Positions 13,672-24,678 are shown, counted from the first letter of the stretch. The stretch is DNA of 64,000 bases from Octopus vulgaris (GCA_951406725.2 OX597823.1:21886001-21950000), one strand, 5' to 3'. Numbers and translations: made by a program. Notes: generated from the sequence alone by a model not told the origin.

Positions 13672-14473
13672 ATCATCATCATTGTTGTCGTTTAATGTCC
13701 ACTTTCCATGCTGGCATGGGTTGGATGGTTTGACTGAGGTCTGGCGAGCCAGGGGACTGCACCAGGCTCCAATCTGATTTGGCAATGTTTCTACAGCTTG
13801 ATGCCCTTCCTAATGCTAACCACTCCGAGAGTGTAGTGGGTGCTTTTTATGTGCCACCGGCACGAGGACCAATCAGGTGGTACTGGCATCGGCCACGCTT
13901 GAATGATGCTGTTTACATGCAACCGGCATGGGAGCCAGTCAGGTTGCACTGGCAACAACCACGCTCAAATGGTGCTTTTTACATGCCACCTTCACGGGAC
14001 CAGGTAGCTGGCATTGGCATTGACCACACTCAAATGGTGCCTTCTCTGTGCCATTGGTACGGGAGCCAGTCATGCAGCACTGGCAACGATCACACTCGAA
14101 TGGTATAACTGAGTTCCTGTCAAGCATTGGGCCTCATGGAGGCAAAGTGGCTGAGTTCTTTTTGAGTGTTGGGCCTTATGGAGGCAATGACTAAGACCTT
14201 TGGCATTATGTCATATTTGAGAAGAAGACCCATCAAGCTGAGCAAAATCGCAATCGTGGCAGATACTAGTGTCATGGAAATGGTATCTGTGCTGGTGGCA
14301 CATAAAAGCACCCATTACACTCTTGGAGTGGTTGGTGTTAGGAAGGGCATCCAGCTGTAGAAACCATGCCAAATCAGACTGGAGTCTGGTGCAGTGCAGC
14401 CTTCCAGCTTACCAGCCCTGGTCAAACCATCCAACCCTTGCCAGCATGGACATCAAACACTAAATGATGATGA
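13672..14473. mobile_element. Head-to-head pair of RTE 3' fragments (- at 13672-14105, + at 14110-14473)
   Basis: Both carry the RTE 3' UTR, with (GAT)n tails pointing outward. Confidence 0.8.
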
Positions 14474-14484
14474 CATATATATGT

Positions 14485-14937
14485 GAGCTGGCAGAAATGT
14501 TAGCATGCCAGGTGAAATGCTTAGCGGTATTTTGTTTGCTGTTATGTTCTGAGTTCAAATTCTGCCGAGGTCGACTTTGCCTTTCATCCTTTCAGGGTTG
14601 ATAAATTAAGAATCAGTTGCGTACTGGGGTCGATCTAATCGGCTGGCCCCCTCCCTCAAAATTTCAGGCCTTGTGCCTAGAGTAGAAAAGGAATAGTGAA
14701 CGTTAAACGATGATGATATACACATATTGTTTAACCCAAGGTCAACTTATGATCAAAAGTGTTCCCACTGTGACATTTCTTTCCTTTTTGTAAGCTTTGC
14801 ATATCGGATTATTTTATCTAAAGTGTCCCTTCTCTTTTCAAAATAAGTACAAAACTGGGGTCGATGTAATTGACTTAATCCCTTTGTCCTTGTTTGTCCC
14901 CTCTATGTGTAGCCCCCTGTTGGCAATAAAGAAATAT
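14485..14937 (+). mobile_element. SINE B2 plus duplicated flank plus B1 tail
   Basis: B2 tail GGCCTTGTGCCTAGAGTAGAAAAG at about 14668-14690; B1 tail at 14855-14937. Confidence 0.75.
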
Positions 14938-14939
14938 AT

Positions 14940-15135
14940 ACGCCATGATAGATCATTAGCTACTACACGCATTTTTTTTCTCTCGTTGTTTCTTTTCTGT
15001 GTATCTTTCTGTAGAAGAGCGTAGGCTCGAAATGTAAAAGACTTTTTCTATTCCTGAGCGCCATACTAATACATTTGTTTGTTTGTACACCACCTGCCTT
15101 CGTCTTTTGTTTATTTTCGTAAACTTTCCCTTTAT
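14940..15135 (+). mobile_element. Short hammerhead-like repeat, family E2
   Basis: About 190 bp, between TA tracts; TCTTT-CTGTAGA-A-GAGCGTAGGCTC-GAAATGTA-AAAGA at 15004-15041; second copy at 43610-43790 (-). Confidence 0.6.
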
Positions 15136-15255
15136 ATATACATATACATAATTTCACATCTCTTTAATATAGAGCTGTATAAGGATGATAATATATTGAC
15201 ATATATATATATATATATAAATATGAATATTATTACAATACAATATTATTTTCCA

Positions 15256-15651
15256 GCAGGAGTGGCTGTGTGGTAAGTAGCTTGCTTACCAACCACATGG
15301 TTCCGGGTTCAGTCCCACTGCGTGGCACCTTGGGCAAGTGTCTTCTACTATAGCCTCGGGCCGACCAAAGCCTTGTGAGTGGATTTGGTAGACAGAAACT
15401 GAAAGAAGCCCGTCGTATATATGTATATATATATATGTGTGTGTGTGTTTGTGTGTCTGTGTTTGTCCCCCTAGCATTGCTTGACAACCGATGCTGGTGT
15501 GTTTATGTCCCCGTTACTTAGCGGTTCGGCAAAAGAGACCGATAGAATAAGTACTAGGCTTACAAAAGAATAAGTCCCGGGGTCGAGTTGCTCGATTAAA
15601 GGCAGTGCTCCAGCATGGCTGCAGTCAAATGACTGAAACAAGTAAAAGAGT
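15256..15651 (+). mobile_element. SINE family A, full length (about 400 bp, internal TA/TG microsatellite)
   Basis: tRNA-like head (TGGCTGTGTGG, GGTTCAGTCC), CCTTGGGCAAGTGTCTT core, tail GCAGTCAAATGACTGAAACAAGTAAAAGAG; more than 12 copies in the window. Confidence 0.9.
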
Positions 15652-15829
15652 ATATATACTTAGCAGTCGCAACAGAGTGACTCGAGCTGAGAGGTTTGTG
15701 CATTGCTACTCAGTGCACGAAACTCCTGGCCCTTGAGTCACTCTGTTACTTCTAAATATTGAGAAAATAATATCTATGTACTCATGATTTGAGTTCTGTT
15801 TTTCTTTTTGGCCTCACCAGACATAGTGC

Positions 15830-16060
15830 CAAGCTCTAATTGTGGAGGGTACCTGGGGGAAAAGATAGACTCAGTAAGATGTGGGACGAAGTAGTGAGAA
15901 AGGATCTTCGGACGCTGGGCCTCACTGAAGAAATGGCAAGGGACCAGGAAATGTGGTGCTTTGCTGTACTTGATAAGGCACATCAAGCTAAGTAAAATCA
16001 CTGCCTTCCATACACCCAGGCTTATCCTTTCAGGTGTGGGGGCCACATAAGGAAACATGG
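15830..16060 (+). mobile_element. RTE LINE fragment (ORF C-terminus)
   Basis: Homologous to ...GRGRPRKTWVEVVKHDLRTLGLTKEMTRDRDLW of the 39813 ORF. Confidence 0.7.
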
Positions 16061-16220
16061 GATTGAATGAGTGTCATTATCATATTAGTTGGGTGGTTTG
16101 TTTCCAGTCGTCCATGAAAACATGTTCAGCCTTTGGGAAATATTAATTTGTTTAGGAACAGTGGAGATTGGTGATAGAAAAGGCATCTAGCTGCAGAAAA
16201 TCATGCAAGCATGGAAAAGT

Positions 16221-16492
16221 GGGCAGCATATGGCATAGTGGTTATGAGTGCGGGCTACTAACCCCAAGATTCAGAGTTCGATTCCAAGCAGTGACATGAA
16301 TAATAATAATATTAATAATAACATTGAAAAATTCCTTAGGAATGAGAACCCAGGTTCGAAATTTCCCCAAAATACCCGATGAAGGCTGGAGGGTATATCA
16401 GCCGAAATGTGTTAACAACAAACAAGATGAGGACAAATATCCGTCAAATGTAAATAATGTACATAATTTCACATCTCTTTAATATAGAGCTG
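16221..16492 (+). mobile_element. SINE family D: tRNA head + (AAT)n + hammerhead-bearing tail
   Basis: A box TGGCATAGTGG, B box GAGTTCGATTCC; mutated hammerhead at 16371-16413 (CCGATGA...GGCTG/CAGCC...GAAA); homologous to 33975-34640. Confidence 0.8.
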
Positions 16493-17249
16493 TATAAGGA
16501 TGATAATATATTGACATATATATATATATATATAAATATGAATATTATTACAATACAATAATATTATTTTCCAGCAAAGTAAAGCACCGTAGAGGTAAGA
16601 CGAAAAGTTTTTATATTATATTGCCCACAAACATTTTGCCTCTATACATTCAGTGAAGCTTTTTCCTAGCGTCAAACGGTTATCAACTGCTATTTCCAGC
16701 AAAAATTGGTACCTTGTTGTGCCACTATTTCCTATTGATATATATATATGTTAAGGGCTTAGCCAAAACCTTCTTTGCTATTGTAGACTCTAACTTTCCA
16801 TTTGATCTTCCCTAAAATTACACCATTTCTCTCTGCCTAATATGGAATCTATTGTAGCCTCATCTAATAAACAAAAGCTTAACACCTACTACTTAATTAA
16901 CACCTTTAAGCAGAACAGTCAAAATAAATATAATGATATAGATCACAGCAGTGGTGGTACTGACATTGACCCAAATAAGTTTCTTTATTGGCCACACAGG
17001 GCTGCACACAGATGGGACAAGTTACAAGGTAGAGCTTTTCTTTTGGGGAATGAAAAAAAAACAAAAAACAAAAGAATAAAAAAAACAAAAAAGGGTCAAA
17101 GTCACACCTCTAACCCTAACACTATAATCAATGTAAAACCATGATATAGTTAGCATCACTTCTGATAGTGGTGGAACTGTGAATGGGGATAATAATAGTA
17201 ATAATTAATAATAATAATAATAATTTAGCAAAAACCAATGTCTTAGTCT

Positions 17250-18065
17250 GTAGGAAAACAGATAAATCATAAGTCCCTTCTGGGAGATGACCCTACTCAA
17301 TATGTAAGAAGGGTGTTTGTAGATTCTCCATATGTTGTACCCAGTCCAAGCTCTGGACGCATAAGAAGAGCAGTGCTATCAAAGGAAGATTAACGAAGTA
17401 TTTGTGCATGGCAAATGTGCAGGTACAATAAGCTATAAAAATACATAGACAATAGGCTCCCTCAAATACTCAGGTGGATCATTAAAAGTAATAGATAACT
17501 TCTGTTACCAAGGGAACCAAGTTGGCAGTGGGGGAGGGAGTTCCGAAGTTGCTAGGATAAGAACAGGCTGGGCAAAGTTCAGAGAGCTTCTAGTTTTGTT
17601 GATAATTAAGGGCCTCTCCTTCAGAGTGAAAGGCAGATTGTATGATGTGTGTTTATGTACAGGTATGCTGTACATGAAAGTGAAATGTGAGCTTTGGCCA
17701 CAGGGGACTTGTGAAGGCTTGAAAGAAATGAAGCTAGCATGCTCTGCTGTATGGGTAATGTCAGTGTGCATGCACAACTGAGTGCAAATGATTTAAGAGG
17801 AATACTGAATATAAGGGGCATCAGATGTGTGCAAGAGAGAAGACTAGTGGTTTGGTCATGTGATGTGTATGGATGAGAACAGCTGCATGAGGAAGTGCTG
17901 AGTTCTAATTGTGGAGAGTACCTCTGGAAGGAGTAGACCCGGGAATACATGTGATGAGGTGGTGAGAAAGGATCTTTGGATACTGGGCCTCACTGAGGAA
18001 ATGACAAGGGACTGGGAGATGTGGCGATTTGCTGTACTTGATAAGGCACATCAAGCTAAGTAAAA
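17250..18065 (+). mobile_element. Decayed RTE LINE (zinc-finger region to ORF end)
   Basis: Frameshifted PSGR.PCSICRKG...KLWTHK, KGLSFRVKGRLYDVC and WFGHVM motifs matching the 39813-41207 ORF. Confidence 0.85.
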
Positions 18066-18294
18066 TCACTCATTAAATGCAAGTGAGCCATCATCCATGT
18101 GGACACATTTCTCTCCCATGACATCACGATTCTCTTTCACATCTCTATGAATATGTATTTGTGTCTCTGTCTCACCCACTGCACTGCTTGACAGTATGGC
18201 CGCAGTCCAACAGCTGAAAAAAGCAAGAGATAAAAGAGAATTATATACATGGTTGAGTATTTCAACAACTTAAATACACAACTTTAATTTTCTT

Positions 18295-19125
18295 TTGATT
18301 GTTTCTGTCATTAGACTGTGGCTCTGTTATGGTAGTGTCTTGACGAATTTCAGTCAAACAAATCTACACCAGGACTCTTTTTTTGTTTTTTTAAGCCTGG
18401 TATTTATTCAATCGGTTTCTTTTATTGAACTGCTAAGTTACAGGGACATAAAACACACTAGCACCAGTTGTCAACAGTGTTGGGAGAGAAACACAGACAT
18501 ACAGACAGAAAAATTAGACAGATAGTGGGCTACTTTCTGATTCTGTCTGCAAAATCCACTCACAAGGCTTTGGTCATCCTGAAGCTATACTAGAAGACAC
18601 CTGCTCAAGGCATGCACTGATACTGAACCTAGAACCATGTGGTTGGGAAGCAAACTTCTTATTTCTTTATTGCCCGCAAGGGGCTAAACATAGAGGGGAC
18701 AAACAAGGACAGAAAAAGGGATTAAGTTGATTACATCGACCCCAGTGCACAACTGGTACTTAATTTATTGACACCGAAAGGATGAAAGACAGAGTCAACC
18801 TCGGCACAATTTGAACTCAGAACATAATGGCAGGCGAAATACCATTAAGCATTTCGCTCAGCGTGCTAACGTTTCTGCCTGCCCACCACCTTATATTTTT
18901 AAGTGATCAGGTTCGGTCGTCTTCTCCGGGCCATCAGAGAACATGCTGATGATGGCACTGCACACCGCTGTGCGTAAGCGGACTCGTCGGCCAGATTCGA
19001 GGACCTCACTGGACTGTTCGATCGGTAGTAGCGATGGGCGGTGTGTACAAAGGGCAGGGACATGATCGATGTGGGCTGATGACCTGTGCCTACCTTAATC
19101 CCTGCTTCTTACCACCACACAGCCA
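18295..19125 (-). mobile_element. SINE A interrupted by a SINE-B/18S composite insertion
   Basis: A body 18295-18661 and A head 19105-19125; CTTCTTA duplicated at 18655-18661 and 19105-19111; B1 at 18661-18893. Confidence 0.8.
18900..19093 (-). pseudogene. 18S rRNA 3' fragment (V9 region), retro-pseudogene
   Basis: Reverse complement contains GTCCCTGCCCTTTGTACACACCGCCC(A)TCGCTACTACCGAT...GGAGAAGACGACCGAACCTGATC; no flanking rDNA; V9 helix expanded. Confidence 0.9.
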
Positions 19126-19169
19126 CAAGCTGCCTTTTTAAGATTGGAATCTGTTGCCCTATATGTACA

Positions 19170-19205
<36 letters not shown>

Positions 19206-19335
19206 ATTCACTGACAGATACTTACCTCAGTACGATTTGAATTCAGAATGTAAACAACCAGAACAAATAGCACAATGTGTTTTATCCAATGTTCTAATGT
19301 TTCTTTTAATCTACCGTCTTAATGATAATCTTTCT

Positions 19336-19790
19336 AAGGCATCGAGCTGGCAGAAACGTTAGCACACCGGGTGAAATGCTGAGCGGTATTTCGTCTGTCT
19401 TTACGTTCTAAGTTCAAATTCTGCCAAGGTCGACTTTGTCTTTCATCCTTTCAGGGTTGATAAATTATGTGCCAGCTGCATACTGGGGTCGATCTAATTG
19501 ACTGCCACCACCTCCCCCAAAATTTCGGGCCTTGTGTCTAGAGTAGAAAAGAAAAGAATAATAATCCTTTCTACTATAAGCACAAGGCCTGAGATTTGGC
19601 AGGGACGAGGCTGGTTGATTACATTGACGACAGTGCTTGGCTAGTACTTATTTCATCGACCCCCCCCCAAAAATAAAATAATAAATGGCTAAGTTGACCA
19701 TGGCAGGATTTGAACTCAGAACATTAGACAGATTAAATGCCACTGAGCCATTTTGTCCAGCATGCTAACAGTTCTGGCAATTCACTGCCT
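19336..19790. mobile_element. Tail-to-tail pair of SINE B2 copies (+ at 19336-19552, - at 19565-19790)
   Basis: Both show the B core and the GGCCTTGTG..TAGAAA tail. Confidence 0.8.
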
Positions 19791-19822
19791 ATGAGGGCTG
19801 CCCCAATAATAATAATAACAAC

Positions 19823-20160
19823 AGGAGCACTCAGAGCGCAAACTTCCACCAAGGCAACACCAATGTCCTCTCAATGATTAGCTGGAGATGATTTTTAAAA
19901 TGAGAATATCTTAAATAAACTTGATTGCTCTCACAAACAAGAATACTAAAAATTAATCTGACCACTCTCAGAAATTAAGTAAAAATCCAGAAAAATAATC
20001 CAGAATCCTTGTTTGGTACTGGATAGATCCCCAGTTTGTGCCAGTCACGAGGCCTAACATCCCTGAAAGTTTCATCTGGATCCATTCAGCGGTTCTTGAG
20101 ATATCTTGTCCACGGACAAACTGAAAACAATACCTCTGCCTTTGCTAAGGTGGGGGTAAT
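19823..20160 (-). mobile_element. Helentron-associated (HINE/DINE-1-like) non-autonomous element
   Basis: Minus 5' end TTACC..ACCTTAGCAAAGGCAGAGGTATTGTTTTC and 3' end CCTTGGTGGAAGTTTGCGCTCTGAGTGCT (subterminal inverted repeats plus terminal stem-loop); split homolog at 61329-62840; class assigned from structure. Confidence 0.55.
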
Positions 20161-20189
20161 AATAATAATGATAATAATAATATTAATAA

Positions 20190-20489
20190 CTAGCAGTATC
20201 GCCCGGCGTTGCTCGGGTTTGTAAGGGAAATAACTATATAAGCATTTTTAGAGATGTAAAGTATAATAGCCATCTCAATATGGCTAACCATAAAGGGGGG
20301 TGTTACTGTAGCTTTTTACGTTCTGAGATTTAATAATAAATTTTTAGATAGTTACTTCCCTTATATATGCCAAAAATGCATTAAAAATGGGAAAAATTGA
20401 TGGTAAATTTTTTTTTAAATTGTAGAAGTAGTTAGGAATCTAAATCGTAGGAGACAGACAGCACACAACCTCACTTTTATATATAAAGA
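20190..20489 (-). mobile_element. Non-autonomous Helitron (internally deleted)
   Basis: 5' TC, 3' CTAG, subterminal hairpin CCCGAGCAACGCCGGG, inserted at A|T without TSD. Confidence 0.85.
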
Positions 20490-20492
20490 TAA

Positions 20493-21075
20493 GTCTTTCT
20501 ACTGGAAGCACAAGGCCTCAAATTTGGGGGAAGGGATTAAGTCGATTACATCGATTCCAGTGCGTAACTGGTACTTATTTAATAGACTCCGAAAGGATGA
20601 AAGGCGAAGTCGACCTCGGTGGAATTTGAATGCAGAACATAATGATGGGTGAAATACTGCTAAGCATTTCTTTCAGCTCGCTAACGATCCTGCCAGTTCA
20701 CCACCTTGAACAACAACAACAACAACAATAATAATAGCTTTAGATTTTGGCACAAGGCCAGCAATTTCAGTGAGAGTTGGGGTTAGTCAATTACATCAGC
20801 CCAACTGCTTAACTGATGCTTATTTTATCAATCCCGTGAAGATGAAAGGCTAAGTCAACCTTGGTGGTATTTGAACTCAAAATGTAAGGAACTAGAAGAG
20901 ATTCCTTTTAATTTTAGTACCTGGCCAGCTCTTTTAGTAGGAGACGGTTAATTGATTACATTGACTCCAGTTGATTACATTTAGTTGATTACATTGACCT
21001 CTGTACTTGACTGGTATGTTTTAGTGAAAGGATGAAAGGAAAAGTTGGCCATGGTGGAATTTGAACTCAGAACAT
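20493..21075 (-). mobile_element. Cluster of three SINE B copies or fragments
   Basis: Repeated GGATGAAAGG..AGTCGACC..GGAATTTGAACTCA core. Confidence 0.75.
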
Positions 21076-21190
21076 AACCCTTTCATTGCCATATTTATTT
21101 TGAGATGCTCTGCGTTTCTTTCAAGTATTTTAAATATAACAAAGAATTTAATGAAATAACTTAATTATATATACATATATACATTCATAC

Positions 21191-21220
<30 letters not shown>

Positions 21221-21221
<1 letters not shown>

Positions 21222-22424
21222 TCATCATCATCATCCCTTAACATCCACTTTCCATGTTTGTATGGATTGGACGATTTGACTGAGGACTGATGAACCAGAT
21301 GGCTGCGCCAGGCTCCAATCTGATCTGGCAGAGTTTCTACAGCTGGATGCCCTTCCTAACACCAACCAGTCCAAGAGTGTAGTGGGTGCTTCTACGTACC
21401 ACCGGCATGCGGGCCAATCTGGCGGTACTGGCTACGGCCAAGCTCGAAATGGTGTTTTTTACATGCCACCTGCACAGGAGTCAGTCCAGTGGCACTGGCA
21501 ATGACCTCGCTCGAATATTTTGTTCACGTGCCACCTGCACAAGTGCCAGTAAGGCGAGGCTGGTAATGATCACGCTCAAATGGTGCTTTTTACGTGCCAC
21601 CGGCTCAGAAGCCAGACAGCTGCTCTGGTAGTGATCCTACTCGAATGGAGCTAATAGCACTCCACTGGCACGGGTGCCAGTCATCGAATTTAGCTCAATT
21701 TCGATTTCACTTGCCCCAACAGGCCTTCACAAGCAGAGTTTTGTGTCCAATGAAGGGAGGTTGGCATGGGTGCCAGTCGTCGAATTTGGTTCAATTTCAA
21801 ATTCAATTTCGATTTCACTTGCCTCAACAGGTCTTCGCAAGCAGAGTTTTGTTTCCAAAGAAAGAAAGGTCTGCATAAGTGGGCTGGTTACATCCCTGGT
21901 AAAGGCCATGGGTATGGTCTCACTTGTCTTGCTGGGTCTTCTCATGCACAGCACATTTCCAAAGGTCTCGGTCACTAGTCATTGCCTCAGTGAGGTCTAA
22001 TGTTCGAAGGTTATGCTTCACCACCTCGTCTCAGGTTTTCCTGGGTCTACCTCTTCCCCAGGTTCCCTCAACTGCTAGGGTGTGGCACTTTTTCACACAG
22101 CTATCTTCATCCATTCTCGCCACATGACCATACCAGCGCAGTCGTCTCTCTTGCACACCACAACTGATGCTTCTTAGGTCCAACTTTTCTCTCAAGGTAC
22201 TTACACTCTGTTGAGTATGTACATTGACATTACACACCCATCGGAGCATACTGGCTTCATTCCTTGCGAGCTTATGCCTGTCCTCAGCAGTCACGGCCCA
22301 TGTTTCACTGCCATGTAGCATGACTGTTCGTACACATGTGTCATACAGTCTGCCTTTTACTCTGAGCGAGAGGCCCTTTGTCACCAGCAGAGGTAAGAGC
22401 TCTCTGAACTTTGCCCAGGCTATT
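21221..22424 (-). mobile_element. RTE LINE, 5'-truncated (ORF C-terminus + 3' UTR)
   Basis: ORF 22031-22384 nearly identical to the C-terminus of the 39813 ORF; (GAT)n tail at 21221. Confidence 0.92.
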
Positions 22425-22447
22425 CATGGGAGTTCGTGTGTTGAAGC

Positions 22448-22637
22448 ATATTCTGTTGTGTCGGGGGAGAGTAATTTTTTTTGTGTCTTATAATAGTCAA
22501 GACTATTGAAAAGGTTGCAAGACACAACGGAAATTTTAGGAAAATAAAAATAAGGAATAAGTGGAAATTTTACCGGTGTGTGTATTAAATTATAAGGCAC
22601 AAAAAGAAAATGACTCTCCCCAGACACAACAGAATAT
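22448..22637. mobile_element. MITE with about 45-bp imperfect TIRs
   Basis: ATATTCTGTTGTGTC.GGGGAGAGT...GTGTCTTATAAT versus ATTATAAGGCAC...ACTCTCCCCAGACACAACAGAATAT. Confidence 0.7.
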
Positions 22638-22649
22638 ATATATATATAT

Positions 22650-23270
22650 ATATTCAACAATTGAGGGTAAAATTAATTAATTAATCAATTTCACCAAGTA
22701 TTCAGTATGCAAAGGGACCATTTAAGGCGAATTCAAATTATTACAAAGGTTATTTGAGAACGTACGTTTCAAGATTAGTCAAACTCGACACTACTATCAT
22801 CAGCTCAGAACTCCCTGGTTTGGATTTGAAAACACTGAAAGTGGGAGCATACCCTTTCGGCTTCCTGTCGCTTCTGAAGATCTGCTCGAAACTAACAGTG
22901 CCAACAAACTCAAATATGCAAGCGAAGAATTTCTGATCTCCCCTTTCCACCAGCGTGGGTTAAAATCAGCAAACACTATGGCATACCCTTTCGGCTTCCT
23001 ATCGCTTCTGAAGATCTGCTCGAAACTAACAGTGCCAACAAACTCAAATATGCAAGCGAAGAATTTCTGATCTCGCTGGTGGAAAGGGGAGATCAGAAAT
23101 TCTTCGCTTGCATATTTGAGTTTGTTGGCACTGTTAGTTTCGAGCAGATCTTCAGAAGCGATAGGAAGCCGAAAGGGTATGCTCCCACTTTCAGTGTTTT
23201 CAAATCCAAACCAGGGAGTTTATTAGTTTGATAATCTTGAAACGTACGTTCTCAATAACCTTTGCATTTG
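22650..23270. mobile_element. Penelope-like terminal fragment with direct and inverted duplication and a hammerhead (family E3)
   Basis: 22741-22954 is inverted at 23075-23263; about 90-bp direct repeat at 22847-22940/22983-23073; minus-strand hammerhead TGAG-CTGATGA...GAAACGTACGTT-CTCA at 22755-22807; flanked by (TA)n. Confidence 0.65.
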
Positions 23271-23353
23271 ATTTTATATATATATATATATATAAAGTTT
23301 TTTTATATATATGATCAGTATGCGGCAAAGTAATTTATTTTACTAAGCCCTTT

Positions 23354-23429
<76 letters not shown>

Positions 23430-23437
<8 letters not shown>

Positions 23438-23888
23438 CATCGTGGAAGAGTCGGTCGTGCAATCTTAAAACACAAAATCTGTTAAATTCACTTCCCATTT
23501 ATTTCTTCGGATTTCAAAATTATAACAGAACAACGACAATTTAGTCATTGACACTCCAATAATAACCAAGAGTATGTCACTGACGAAGATTTTGGCACTT
23601 CAACACAGTATCAGAATGAATCCACATGCAAGACAAATACAACTCTCGTTTAAAAGTCTGGAATCAAGTTATATATATACACACGCACATACACGCAGTT
23701 GCGGGTGTGTACGTGATTGGATTGCATCATAGCAACAATGTAAGGGAGATAACTGTGTACAGCTTTGGCAGAAAACCTACGTAAAAATGGAAAAAGTATA
23801 ACAATTACCCCACCCACCCTACAAAACTTACAAAAATAACAACAAAAAAAACCCCCACTTCAATTATCTCAAGTGAAGTGGGTAGGGT

Positions 23889-23942
<54 letters not shown>

Positions 23943-24560
23943 GTGTGTATTAGTAGTTTGGTCGGAAGGCAATCGTTAATGTAGTTTGAATAGACGGGAA
24001 GAGAGTCGGATTGTTTGGTGCAGTAAGTAAGCTGAGGGGTCAATTAGCGGCAGATCAGAACCCCCACAAATGACAAAAGAAATACCGAACGAAGAAGATA
24101 CATTTCTACAACAACAACAACATCAACTAACTGGGATTAAACAAGCGTGAAAGACTTGATAAAAGGAAGAAGTGAAATTATAAATAAAAAAAAAAGGGGG
24201 CGGTGCTTGTTGAGAGTTTTGTTAACTTTTAACGCTACCACCACCACCACTACCACTACCATCAGATGTAGGAGGGTGAAGGCTATGTGCGTATATGTAT
24301 GTATTTATGTATATGTGTGTTTGTGTAAGTGTATTAACGGATAGTTTTGAGATTGAAAAAACGGTGACTTTAGTCGAAAGTAATTAAGCAAGACTCGAAC
24401 GAAGCTTAAGAAATCGATGTTTACGGTTCGAACCCTACAAATCAAACACATACACACACTACAGCGATGTTTTAACATGGCACTATGTGCGTAAATGCTA
24501 AGGTAAGCGTTTTGTTACTTTCGAATGAAGAGGGGTGGAGTTCGTATCCGTCGTATTCTT
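23430..24560. promoter_or_regulatory. CpG-enriched, TE-free promoter-like region with a probable first exon on + ending at 24502
   Basis: Visible CpG excess versus flanks; ATTGG (CCAAT box) at 23716-23720 next to X-box-like TTGCATCATAGCAAC at 23722-23736; strong donor AAG|GTAAGC at 24502/24503. Confidence 0.5.
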
Positions 24561-24619
24561 CTATTTTTTTTTTTTGCGTTTTTGTCTTTTTCTTTTGGGT
24601 GCTCTGTTTCAGTCTTCAA

Positions 24620-24678
24620 TTCTTCTTCTTCTTCTTCTTCTTCTTCTTCTTCTTCTTCTTCTTCTTCTTCTTCTTCTT
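24620..24678. repeat. (TTC)n microsatellite
   Basis: About 19 perfect units. Confidence 0.97.

Noticed and set aside
16221-16300. tRNA genes at SINE heads (also 2363, 11175, 31962, 57389, 60342)
   Set aside because: A and B boxes are present but I could not fold a complete cloverleaf, and each continues into a repeated SINE body
18900-19093. Functional rRNA gene
   Set aside because: Only about 190 nt, mutated, with no ITS or other rDNA, and embedded in SINEs
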